64,000 bases of DNA, taken from NCBI GenBank assembly GCA_002633005.1, contig NMRA01000240.1:62001-126000 (forward strand), given 5' to 3'. This DNA is from Phoronis australis (taxonomy: Eukaryota > Animalia > Phoronida). This document shows, one piece after another, positions 10,480-22,953 of the stretch. Position 1 is the stretch's first letter. Every line of letters starts with the position of its first letter. Below the pieces are notes generated by a model. That model saw only the letters and a program-made list of their open reading frames with translations. It did not search any database and was not told the origin of the DNA. The position numbers were made by a program, and so were the translations under genes.

Positions 10480-13400
10480 ACCGGAATAAAAAGTCCTCCA
10501 ACATCCTAATGAAAACATTTCTAAAGAGAAAGTCCGCCCAAGAAATCATCACATCAGCGTCAGAGCCAATCCAGCTTCAAGCTATCTAGTGGAGAGCAGT
10601 CGGGGAAGAAGAAATGCCCTAATTATGATTATGTCCATAGATCCCATGGGCATGAAGCCTGTCCTGCCAGAGGGAAAATATGTTGGTTCTGTTCGAAACA
10701 GGGTCACTTCGCCTCCGTATTCCGTAAGAACAAAGGCAATGAAATTTATGAATAGGATGATGACCAACAGGCTGATCAGTTTTGTGGCGCATTAAGTGTT
10801 GACTACTTCCTAGGCTCCGTAAACTGTGATGATAGCGACTCCGCTTGGAAGGTGACTCTCACCTTGGGCAACTCTTCAGAAACATTCAAGATAGACACCG
10901 GCGCTGACGTGTCAATCATGTCGTACTTTCAGTATCTTGGATTGATCCAAGACCTCCTCGGAAAGATACATGTATCAAGGCTAAGCTGTCAAACCCTGGC
11001 GGTCCTCTTTGTTGTCGAGGACAGTTCGTCGCAAGAACTGTGTTCAAGGGACAGAATTATCATTTTCGTGTGATGGTGGTTGATGGAAAAGTTGAAAGTC
11101 TTCTTGGCCGGGGAGTAACCAATCAAATGAACTTATCGTTTGAGTTAACTCCGTTACTGAAGATATAGGACTTCTCGATACTGACCCAGTCAAGGTATCC
11201 CTGAAGGAGAATGCACAGACATATGCCCTAAACGTAGCTCGACGTATTCCGCTTGCACTTGAGAAGAAAGTGAAAGAGGAGATTGACCGTCTTACTAAAC
11301 TTGGAATCATCAAGGCTGTAACTCGTCCTACGCCGTGGTGTGCCCCGATGGTACCTGTTTTGCTTGAAAAAAAAACGGGATAAGTCAGACTCTGTGTCGA
11401 TCTAAAGAATTTGAATGTGAACATCCAACGAGAAAGATTCGTCCTGCAAACCCTAGAGTATGTGACTTCGAAATCCCTGCAGCAACAATTTTTTATGGCT
11501 TGACGCAGCGAGTGGTTTCTACCAGATCCCTCTAAGCAGAAGACAGCCAGGACTTAACTACTTTTATAACCCCATTTGGGCGTTATTGTTTCCGTCGTCT
11601 TCCATTCGGCATCACCTCTGACCCTGAAATCTTCATGAGGAAAATGCTAGAATTGCTAGAGGGCCAGGACGGCGTGTTTGTGTATATGGACGATATCTTG
11701 GTGTATGGTGCGAATGCTGCCAAACACGACGCTAGGTTGTTAAAGGTCCTTGAAACCCTTCACCGAGCTGGCCTGAAGCTTAATCAAGATAAAAGCTTGT
11801 ACAGTAAAAAGGAGCTGAAGTTCCTAGGTCACCTATTCAGTAAGAATGGGATACGGGCTGACCCGGGGAAGTTTACAGCCATCCTACAAAATGCAGCCGC
11901 CCAAGTCAGTCACTCACGTTCGTCAGTTCATGGGAATGGTACACTACCTTTGTTCATATCTACCTGACCTGAACTGTGTCATCGGTCCACTTAATGATCT
12001 ACTGAAGTCAGACTGCCAATGGACCTGGGATGCACTCCACGAAGAAGCATTTAAAGAACGAAACAGCTGATTGCATCAACTCCCGTCTTGTCTAACTATG
12101 ACCTGACAAAGCCAATTATTGTAAGCGCTGATGCCTGTTCTTATGGTCTGAGTGGTGTGTTGTTACAGCAGCAGGACAGCATTCTTAAGCCAATAGCCTT
12201 TTGTTCTTGCACCCTCACACACAGTGAACAGAATTTTGACCAGATTGAGAAAGAATGTTTGGCGAGTGTGTGGACATGCGAAAAGTTTGACCGCTATATC
12301 TGTGGGCACAGCAATGTTACAATATATACCGACCACAAGCCTCTTGTCCCTCTTATCAACTCCAAGAGCCTGGATGAAGTACCACTACGCTCACAGAGGC
12401 TTCTAATGAGACTTATGAGATATGATGTCACAGCGACACATGTCCCAGGAAAGGATATGCATGTGTCTGATGTATTTTCAAGAAGCCCTCTCGTCCTAAA
12501 AGATTCTTCAACTGACCATGATGTTCAACTACATGTGCAGTCAATCGAGTCAATCCTGCCAGTTACACACGACAACAAGATGAACATCCGTAAAGCAACG
12601 TCTAATGATCCAGTACTGAGGCCAGCCATCGAATACACCCTAACTGGTTGGCCGAGGTATGAAAGAGATGTTCCTAGAATCTTGAAGAGTCTATATGAAC
12701 ATCGTGCCGCATTGTCTGTCACTGATGATCTGTTAGTTTTCAATTCAAGGGTCGTCGTTCCCCATGGTATGAGAAATACTTGACAGAATCCATGACGGCC
12801 ATCAGGGAGTGTCAAAGTGTCTCGAGAGAGCACGGCTAGGTGTGTGGTGGCCAATGATATAAAGAGGATTGTTAAATTGTGTAATCACTGTATAGAGAAG
12901 AAGCCAACCCAAAACGTGAACCTCTTATGACAACTCCATTGTCACATGGTCCATGGCAGCGGCTCGGGGTTGATTTGTTCTTTTTAAAAAACAAGAACTA
13001 CCTAGTGATGTGTGACTACTACTCAAGTTGGATAGAGATTCTCGCCCTCAGCTCAACAAAACGCTACAGCCGTCATCTGCCGCATCCCAACCTAGGTCGT
13101 ACACATGTATCTGCAATGGTTCATAATTTACGTCCACGGAGTTCAGAGAGTTTTCATCTAAGTACAATTTTCGTCATGTCCCCTCCAGTCTTTATCTTCC
13201 TAATTCGAACGGGGAAGCAGAGAGAGTTGTCCAAACAGCTAAAACTATGTTGAGCCAAGATGACCCCTGGCTTGCCTTGATAGTCTACCGGTACACCCCT
13301 ATTGCAGCAACAGGAGCTAGTCCATCACAGTTCACTGTAGGAAGACATTTGAGAACTACACTACCTGTTCCGTCCTCAACACTAGAGCCTGTATGGCCAA

Positions 13401-14077
13401 ACCGAGAGCATATCCTTGCCAAAGATCAGAAGTACAAGGCGACATCTTCGACGTCCTATAACCAACATCACGGTGCTAAACGACTTCAACCGCTTCAAGA
13501 AGAAGATCTTGTCTTAGTCAAGACAGATAGTGAGAAAGGATGGACCGAGCCGGGAATCGTCCGCGGTGAAGCGAGCACGCCAAGATCATATCTAGTTGAG
13601 ACTAAGTCTGGAGTTTGTAGAAGGAACCGCCGTCATATTAGGGAGATGCCAACAATAACAATTGATCCTACATCAAGAACCATGTCATCGAAGGACAGCT
13701 CTCATGCGCCACCTACTTGTGTTGTTCCTAAACAGTGTGTAGTGCCTATGACTTCAGACTCTCCGGGATCTCCTCGTCGCTCAGGCTGATGTGTTAAAAG
13801 ACCTGATCGAATCAATTTAGTGTGTTTGTGTTTATAGTGCCTGGATTCTATATGATAATCCATGGCGACAATGGAGTGAAATGCTAGTAACCTCTCCACC
13901 TAAAGATTTTGTGTTTTTGTGTGCCTTAAGGAAATTACTCAGTGAGTAGTGTGTTCTATAAGACTTGCGTTCCAAAAGACTTTGTGGTGATACGAACATT
14001 TTATATGAACTCTCAAAGATAGAAAGACATTCTAATTATTTGTCATTTGAATTTGTGTGTCGTCTGAAAGAGGGAGA
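10480..14077 (+). mobile_element. Decayed Ty3/Gypsy LTR retrotransposon internal region (gag-PR-RT-RH-INT), apparently 5'-truncated
   Basis: Gag knuckle CPARGKICWFCSKQGHFASVF (10660-10722); protease FKIDTGAD (~10894); RT YMDD (11683); RNase H ADAC..GL..VL, EKECL, TDHKPL; integrase IHDGHQG..WWP, PWQRLGVDLF, NGEAER. Polypurine tract AAAGAGGGAGA at 14067-14077 is followed by TG. Many frameshifts and stops. Confidence 0.95.
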
Positions 14078-14664
14078 TGTTACATTATTATTAACGTATT
14101 TTAGTTTTCATATTTTTGATTTTATTAGCCAATGGCAGTCGCCATTTTGTATTGACGTCAATCCTGCAGCAAATATGTACTGCACTTCCGATTTCATGTA
14201 AACAACGAGGTTTTATCGTCATTCATTTGGTAGCCTTTAAACACCGTTGCCCAGTGTAGTGTTGTTTGTGAGTTTGTATGTCCCATGAACGATTGGTCAA
14301 ACGGTTTCCAGCCTTTCCCGTCGGTTATCTATGCATCTTCAAAATGGCACCATCCAAGATCATTTTCTACAATGTCTCGAACGTAAAATCAACAGTCAAG
14401 AAATTGTAGAAAACACGTCACTTCGGTACGCTGAGCAAGATGTGCTGCAATTAAAAGCATTGGTGTCCCTTTTTATTGCATTTGAGAAGCCTTAGTGTAT
14501 TGAATGAGCAGCAAACAGGGTCGCGACTCACGTTACACTTGTTTGCGTCACTTTCCTGTTACCCCCTTCATCAGTCATTCTTTGCAGCATTTCACACCTG
14601 CTGTGTTCCACTGTGTATGTCTCAAGCTTATGTTCTGTGGTGGCATTACTGCGTCATTTTGTTT

Positions 14665-14870
14665 CCACTTGACAATGAAACAAGTATGTTTCGAAATATC
14701 GTGTACCTTTTAATCATGTCTCTTGGTGTGTTACTTCACCAATATTCCGTTGAGTGTAGAGTTTTATTCCGAACATATGTCACGGAATAGACTGCCAATA
14801 ACGAAGTGTCGTGTGTTTGATCAATTTTGCATATCGGAAAACTTGCTCCCGAGGTACAGCCATAAATGTA
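14665..14870 (+). repeat. Dispersed repeat, partial copy of the foldback MITE at 40853-41155
   Basis: aatgaaacaagtatgtttcgaa...gttgagtgtaga...aagtgtcgtgt...gaaaacttgctcc is shared with ~40990-41175. Confidence 0.7.
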
Positions 14871-16392
14871 AACAAAGCTGCTGTGGGGGGCAAAATTTTG
14901 AATTGTGTGCGGTGGTTCGTGAAACCTCGACAAGTAATCGTATCGTTTGCTTGTACTTTACTAATCAAAAATGGACGTTCGACGAATTCTCTCTCAGTTG
15001 TTGATGTGACTTTTACGCAGTTTTGGCACAAGGATATTGAATACATACTTTTGAAACGTTTGTTTCAACATTTTACAAAATGTGCACACTGTCTCGAAAG
15101 TTTAAAAACATTTAAATGTTCGTTCATTTACAAGTCGGACTTGAAAAATTTACATAGTTTTTACTTTGGCAATTGTTAACAAAATGGCTGCGGAAAATGG
15201 ACCAACTGTCTGTTCTCTGACGAGCATCTTAAAACGTTTCAGCTATATCGGAACACTGAAAAACGCTTTAAACCCGTCGAGTGAATTCAATCATAAAGTG
15301 GTTGAGAGCTGAATTATTTTGAAGCTTAAACACTTCAGAGGGATGTTATCGGCTTCACGGCCGACTACTTATTTTTGGGATTGTTCTTGGATGGGATAGA
15401 ATTTATTGGCCTGCATTAGAAGTGACAAAAATACAAAATGCATTTTGTTCTTTTATTGAAAGTTGCCCAATTGTCGCCGTGGTCCCTCAAACATTTCTTG
15501 TCGTTACCTCACTTGGCATTTATCGAGTGAGCCACCAGTAGACTGAGCGTTATTGCCATTCACATGCACATTATTACCGAATACATAGTCGAAAACTCAT
15601 TATTGTCCACTAGCGGTATTTTTACTTGCACGTGAATGCTCGGAATAGCGCTTTTCTAAGGAAGTCCAAGTCTGTCATTAGGTAAAGCAAGCGAGTTTTA
15701 CTCGCTCACACTTGAGTGTGCCCATATTCAACACGTTTACGCGTTATTTGAATTTTTGAATGATGCTGCTTGCGATTCCTAAGCCCGTGGACGGAGGCAG
15801 TTCATTCAAAAGATGACGTCGACAATCTCGCAAAATTCAGACTTGTACACGAGAATTGCGACGAAATGGCGTCGATTTTAAAGAACTGCAGTGTCTTCAA
15901 ATACGCAATTTCTGGCGACGTTCATGTGGAAGAATTGTCATTCGGCAGGCAATTTATGTCAATCACATGACTTAGGGTTAAGCGCCTTTTGGGTTTGGTC
16001 TAAAATGCGTTAAGCGGCCACGTTAACTCGCCTTTGCAGCGCATTAACCCGTAACAAAATAGACTAACTTGTAAACGTGTCAAGGCAATTGAGCTGACTA
16101 ATAAATCCCATTCGCTCACCCGTGAACATATAAATCCCTATAAAGCACCATTGGGTTCTTAAACAAATACATCTTTTAAACCTTAAGTTTTTCGGAAGAA
16201 CTTAAGTTTTTCCTCTAAAGCTTAAGTTATTTTCCAAGTTTTTTCGCCAAAAACTTAAGTTTTCAGCGAAAAACTTAAGTTCATTTTTGTAATGGATTCC
16301 TCTGTCGCTTTGCGGTAGTGGCACTACCCTCCGACCTGTGTTTTACCACAGCACTTCAAAGTTTATTTGAACCATACGTATAACCTCTTTAG

Positions 16393-16533
16393 ATAAATTA
16401 GACATCCCGTGCAACCCAAGTGCCAAGGGAAACAAATGCGAACACTCAGGTCAGATATGTGACAGCGCAAAGGGATTTAGGTGTGTTTGTCGGGACAGCG
16501 ATAATTTCGTCATGCAATCTGGCGTGTGCAAAG
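16393..16533 (+). CDS. Exon 4: 6-Cys module 3
   Basis: ctctttAG|..|GTaaga, 141 nt, phase 1-1: (D)KLDIPCNPSAKGNKCEHSGQICDSAKGFRCVCRDSDNFVMQSGVCK. Confidence 0.85.
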
Positions 16534-19265
16534 GTAAGACTTAACGTCTCCTCATACATGTATCTGGTGGCCGTTGGTTCCCAATCTTTCACCGTTGTTA
16601 CATTAGCTCGGGTACATTACCTGGGATCCTGTTTCTATGAAGCATGAAGCCAGCGACACGAAGATCTGTATTCCTCATATACGTCTTTCTATACACAGGA
16701 GTTGGTGAGATTGATTGACAAATTCTTTTTAGTAATATTCCATTTCGAGATGAAAGCTTTAAAGTGGCATAGAACGTGAAAAACGGATTTAATTGTAGTA
16801 TTCAAAGTAGCTCTCTGTCACTGAAACACAAGTCAAATTGTTTACCTATTTTTACTGCTTCTTCGTAAAAAATGAATTAGTGTTGATTTCATAGCATTTT
16901 TGCCCCACATTAAGCACATATTCTTATTTGGTATGGCAAGACACAGAGGTAGAATATTTCCCTTTTATGAAAATTGTTACCTTTTGACCTTTGATGGAGA
17001 CAGCAGCCAGTCCGAATTCCGAATCCATTCAGGGTATGTACGTATACAGGTATATTCAGGTATTATTGGGGATGAGGCTCTGAAAACTGTATTGGGATTA
17101 AACAGCTTTTATTGTATCTGAGCTTCAAAAAGTGAATCTCAATTTTTTTAGAAGTTTTAGTAATATTCAAAGTGAATAATTCTCGCATTAACATTCGTTG
17201 CAAGTATAATATCCAGTCCACAACCTGTTTAAGAGGCATTATCTGAGAAAACCTGCAAAATCAAGACATGTTGGCGGAGGCATTTTCACCTTTCACCAAC
17301 TAAACTGATACTTTGCGCATCAATTTGTACTCACATATGAATTACTAAACCATAACTTATTTACTTGGGGGTCATTCTGTAAAAAGGTATACGGTACCCT
17401 CCGTTGGGGACTTTTTTACACAGTGCAAGGACATCACAAAGGGCAAAAGTGTAAAAACACTCAAGGAGCTCGTAGCCCAGTTTGTGACTTTGAATGGTTA
17501 TGATTATTTAAACTGACACCTGTGCTGTCTTTTTAAATTGATTTCGTTTAGCATCGGGTTGGCTTTGTATTTCATCTTGACTTTTTGTTGGCGGCACTAA
17601 ACTTGACTGAGTGTCACTGAACCTAGGATGTGTAAAGCCCAAAATTTTCCGAAACCAAAAAAGTTGTACGTTTTTTCATTAAAAAACGCTGTGGATGTGG
17701 TAACTTTTGCATAATCGCCAGTTGAAGATGATGACACGTGATATTCTGAAACTCACCGAAATATATATCGCAACTCAAATAAAAAAATATTTCAATTATT
17801 ATTTTCCAATGATTATTGTTTTAAAAAGACTTTATTTTAAAAGAAAGTTAACAAAAATTAAGGTTTTAAGAGTATAGCAGAAGAATGTAAAAATTCAAAG
17901 ATGTGAGCAGGTAAGAGTTGTTTGTTCGACAGCAAAGTGTTCTGCAGTCGGCGATGAAAAGAATGTGGTGACTGTTCTGAGATGCGATGGATATACAGTA
18001 GGTCCAATGTCTGCGCTACATAAACACTTCGAAAGACGTAACAGAATGAAAAATCCTGCTGATCAGAATTGGACTTGACAAGGACTCGGCTGCAGAGCAT
18101 AGGGTCCGACAGTGGGCCCAATTAACAGAAGAACATTTGGTTTGGACTTCTTCTCTTCTAAACACTGCACCTTCTCAGATCATGGAGGGAAAATGGGAAA
18201 TGATCACACAGCTCCAAGAAGTTGCGTTGCAATTAGTTTAGTTGTCTTGGAGGATATACGAAATGAGAGTGAGAACAACGTGACTTCCGAAAACGATCAG
18301 GTATGCATTATTTCGTGCTATTTTGGATACTAGTCCTCAAAATTAACCAAAGGTAACCTGGGAACCAGTTACTGTTGATTAATAGGCATGACTGTGAGGA
18401 AGACATTGGCCTGGTAATTGTTTAGAATATGACGACATTGACCTACTCACGATTATGGAATCCTCCAATTCCACTTTCAAGGTTATCTTTCCAAAATACA
18501 TGAAATACACGAAAATGTCTCTTTCTCCTTTCCTTAGAATTATGTTGTAAAATTTCTGCTTGCATTATTTCCAGGTATTGACATTGACATGTTGAATGAA
18601 AGGAGTCATCTGGTGGCCAAAAACTGAACTAATCTACCGACACCGTGCGTTCAAACTGACCCAGAACCGTCCATCCGGGGCCGAGGTACTGTTCCATGGG
18701 TCGCATTCCTATGGTGACCCTGGTGCGCACCCGCTAACAAGGACCCATGTAAAAGGGTTGATTTCGAGGTCCAAATTCTTGAAAAGGGTATCACTTCAGA
18801 TCGTTCTTTGGAAAAGTAGTGAAATGGTCACAATTTTAATTTTTCTTTGGAAAGGCTGAATTGCAGTCCTTTGTTGCTCCTTGTTATCTCGGGATAAACT
18901 TTAGCCGGAATCTTGCAAGCAAACACAAATCAGAATCAATACCGCTGTTTCATTCAATAGCCACAATTGTAGCTGTAATCTTGAATGTATCCAACATGGC
19001 GGTGTCAACCGGCAAATATTGCAAACAGAAATTTGGCGATAGTGAGCAAACGCGGCAGGGTGCACATACTTTTGGAAGGAGAATGATAGGCGGAATATTG
19101 TAAACAAATACCCACTGGTTTGTGTCACGATCGGATAATTTTGACTCATCTAAATTCAAGATTAATTTATGTTTATTGTTAACTTATTAGTAGGCGTGTT
19201 GCATTCCCCCATTTCCAGTACACCATCATCTCGAATGACAATCGCTTGACAAGTGACAAGGGAAG

Positions 19266-20116
19266 GAATTGTCCTAAAACCCCCTCGACCCACAGCCCCT
19301 ACGACCCACTACCCCTTCGACCAACAACCTGTGGCAAAAGATGTATCGTTGCGCTTTTTACACATGAATATTACGTCGCTGAATGACTTTTCACTAAGAC
19401 TTACCTAAACGCGAAATCTGCTCTGTCTCAAGTCTGACGGTTGAAAACAGAAAGTCGCGTAAGAACATCATCTAAAATAGCTGATTTTTAGCGTGCTGTC
19501 GTTGTCACAGAAAAATTGCCATGAGCGGCTACCAATGGCCTTGTCCTACTAAACTTAGCGAGAGAGCACGTTAAAGTGAATGCATATAACTTCATACTTT
19601 TGTTATTTGCTTTCTGTTGTATACTAGGTTACAATATACCTCATGCAATATACTTTTCAGTTAACAGTTTGTTTTTTCAAACTGTATTCACTGAAGACAT
19701 TGCATGTACTCATTCGTGGGTTTCTCACACTCTCCCACTGAAGAGCAGACGAGAGGAATACAGTCTGCCGGTACGGCATTTGTAAGGTTGGTAGGTCTTT
19801 GATTTGGTCTCATTGGATTATCTGTTCTTGGAATTCAAGGTCGCCGAATCGATTCTCGTAATCGCAAAAAACAGAGAAATGCTAGCCGAGCCCACGGTCA
19901 GACTAGATGGTCCTGCAAGTTAGCGTTTGTTCTATGTTGAGATCGAGTCGAGCTTGTGTCGACTGGTTGGAAAGGGTTGTGGACGTGGGTCGAGGTGGTC
20001 GTGGTTTCACGTGGTCGAGGGTCGAAGTCGAGGGGGGTCGTAGGTCGAAGGGCTCGTGGAAGGAGTGGATCGCGGGGTGTGGGGTTGAGGAGGTCGCGCG
20101 GTTTCAGAACACTCCC
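19266..20116 (+). mobile_element. Complete family-A TIR element
   Basis: Ends GGAATTGTCCTAAAACCCC ... GGTTTCAGAACACTCC, with GACCC/GGGTCG subterminal arrays; interior homologous to 7895-8720. Confidence 0.75.
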
Positions 20117-20355
20117 TAGATATCATAGATTATGTGCCAGTGACTCCTTTCGTGACAAATTTGCACTCACGGTCAATAATTATATTCCAGTGGTATGCTT
20201 CCCGTAGTGAAACCACCTGTATTCTAGGAGATAGCAGCTTCTATAGATAAAGCAGCAAAGGTAAAAATTGCTCCTTTCAAGTTCCACATATACACTAAGA
20301 CATGCACTAGTACATGTATATAATATATTAAGTGGTTTTAGTGAAAACTATCGAG

Positions 20356-22953
20356 AAGCACAGCATGTTATAAAATCTCATCTTTGGTGTTAGAATGATT
20401 AAATGAGTCGTGTCATTTGAACTTGACATGAATTTTTTTACAGATGGCTATGTGAACTTAGATTTTGATTTTTGCCACTACAGTTAATCAGATCATCATT
20501 ACCAGGATCAATGGTTGGAATTCAGGGTTGCTGTTTACCCATTTAATTATGGATTATTATTGTAGTCATATAATTTCAATAATATAATGTAATCCACTAA
20601 AACTTGTTTTTAGGCAGCTTAGGGCTATTAAGTAAGCCATGTTAAGTTTTGCAGTTACAGCCTCTTTGCAGCCTCAACAGCTTGTAGGGCTGCAACGATA
20701 TTTAATCGATAATCAGATTGCGATTCTGGATAAAGATTTGATGCACAATTCATGGAGTCGGATTTTTGATATGGCTCTTCGCATTTTGTTTTTCTTCGGT
20801 GTAAAAGTAAAATTTCAATACCTCGACTTTTATCCCACGTTGACGGAAGTCTTTCGTGATTAATGTGCGGACAAACTGCTCGCTTCCAGACTGTTTTTAC
20901 TTTTACACAGCATTGTAATGTTACTACTCCCCCTCTTATAGGCCACATAATTTTCAGGGAAAACGCACTACATGTATATTTCTCTGTTCATGAACACATC
21001 ATCCATGTTGTCTTCTGTTCTAATCCAGCTACAAACATTGTTCATAATATTTTCTAGTTTTGTGATGTAGTAGTCACTTTAGTCAACCTTGCGTAAGTTG
21101 GAAAATCATGTAACCTGGCTCCAATCCGGGGCGGGAGTTGGGCGGAGGGGATGGGTTAGGACAGTGTATTAGCCAGGATTTTGACAATCAGATAATTTGC
21201 ACCCCCGAAATGCCAAATGGAATGTGGTAGAATTTTAGGGGGTGTCATGGTCCTATTGGCCCCATTAAGTCCTGCACTGCTAGAAGAGATGACAGACAAG
21301 TAAAATTTGATTCTTGTTCAGATAAAATTAGTGGTGATGATTTGCCAACACACAAGGTGACATTTAGGTTTGGTAATACATGTATCATTACTCTAAAATG
21401 TTTCTAGGAAGCTCGCACACACAGGTAATGAAAAGCCAAAATAGCAAGTAAAAGCCCATTATGAAAGCAAAATGTGCCCTTCCTTGACTATAAATGGTCA
21501 TGATCCCTTTTACCTCCATATGCGGCTAGAAAATCTTCCTTTTGAAATGGCACCGTTACTGATGGTCATATAAAGATAAAACCGATCAACCAGAAACACC
21601 CCTCTGTCATTTACTGGCACCTTTACAATTTGTATATCATCATTAAAAACAATCCCTTTCATTTGACAAGCACAATATGCTATAAAGTCTCATCTTTGGT
21701 TTTTGAATGATTAAATGAGTCGGGTCATTCGAACTTGACATGAATTTTTTGCAGATGGCTATGTGAAATTAGATTTAGATTTTTATGCCACTTCATTTAA
21801 TCAGATCATCATTACCAGGATCAATGGTTGGAATACAGGGTTGCTTTTATCACAACCCAGTTAATTATGGATTATTATTGTAGTCATATAATTTCAATAA
21901 TATAATGTAATCCACTAAAACTTGTTTTTATGCAGCTTAGGGCTATTAAGTAAGCCATGTTAAGTTTTGCAGTTACAGCCTCTTTGCAGCCTCAACAGCT
22001 TGTAGGGCTGCAACGATATTTAATCGATAATCAGATTGCGATTCTGGATAAAGATTTGATGCACAATTCAGAGTCGGATTTTTGATATGGCTCTTCGCAT
22101 TTTGTTTTTCTTCGGTGTAAAAGTAAAATTTCAATACCTCGACTTTTATCCCACGTTGACTGAAATCTTTCGTGATTAATGTGCGGACAAACTGCTCGCT
22201 TCCAGACTGTTTTTACTTTTACACAGCATTGTAATGTTACTACTCCCCCTTTTATAGGCCACATAATTTTCAGGGAAAACGCACTATATTTCTCTGTTCA
22301 TGAACACATCATTCATCTTCTCTTCTGTTCTAATCCAATTACAAATATTGTTTATATTATTTGTCTGATTTTGTGATGTAATTGTCACTTTAGTCGGCCT
22401 TGCGTAAGTTGGAAAATCATGTAACCTGGCTCCAATCCGGGGCGGGAGTTGGGGGAGGGGTGGGTTAGGACAGTGTATTAGCCACGATTTTGACAATCAG
22501 ACATTCGCACCCCCAAACTGCCAAATAGAATATGATAGAATTTTAGGGTGTGTCATGGTCCTCTTGGTCCCAATTATATCCTGCACTGCTAGGACAGCTG
22601 ACAAACAAGTACAAATTGACTCTGATTCAGATATAATTACTGTTTATGACACAACACACAAGGGGACATTTAGGTTTGGTAATATATGTACAATTACACA
22701 AACATTTTTCTAGGAAGCTCACACACAAAGGTAGTGAAAGGCGAAAATAGCAAGTAAATCCCATTATGAAAGCAAAATGTGCCCATCCTTGTTTAGAAAT
22801 GATCTTGATCCCTTTTACCTCCATATGGGGTAGGAAGATCTTCCTTTTGAAATGGCACCGTTACTGATGGTCATACAAAGGTTAAACTGGTCAACCACAA
22901 ACATTCCTCTATCATTTACTGGCACCTTTACAATGTGTATATTATGATTAAAA
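20356..22953. repeat. Direct tandem duplication, unit ~1.31 kb (20356-21667 / 21668-22953)
   Basis: Both units start aagcaca..atg.tataaa.tctcatctttgg and end ttactggcacctttacaat.tgtatat.at.attaaaa; colinear throughout. Confidence 0.92.
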
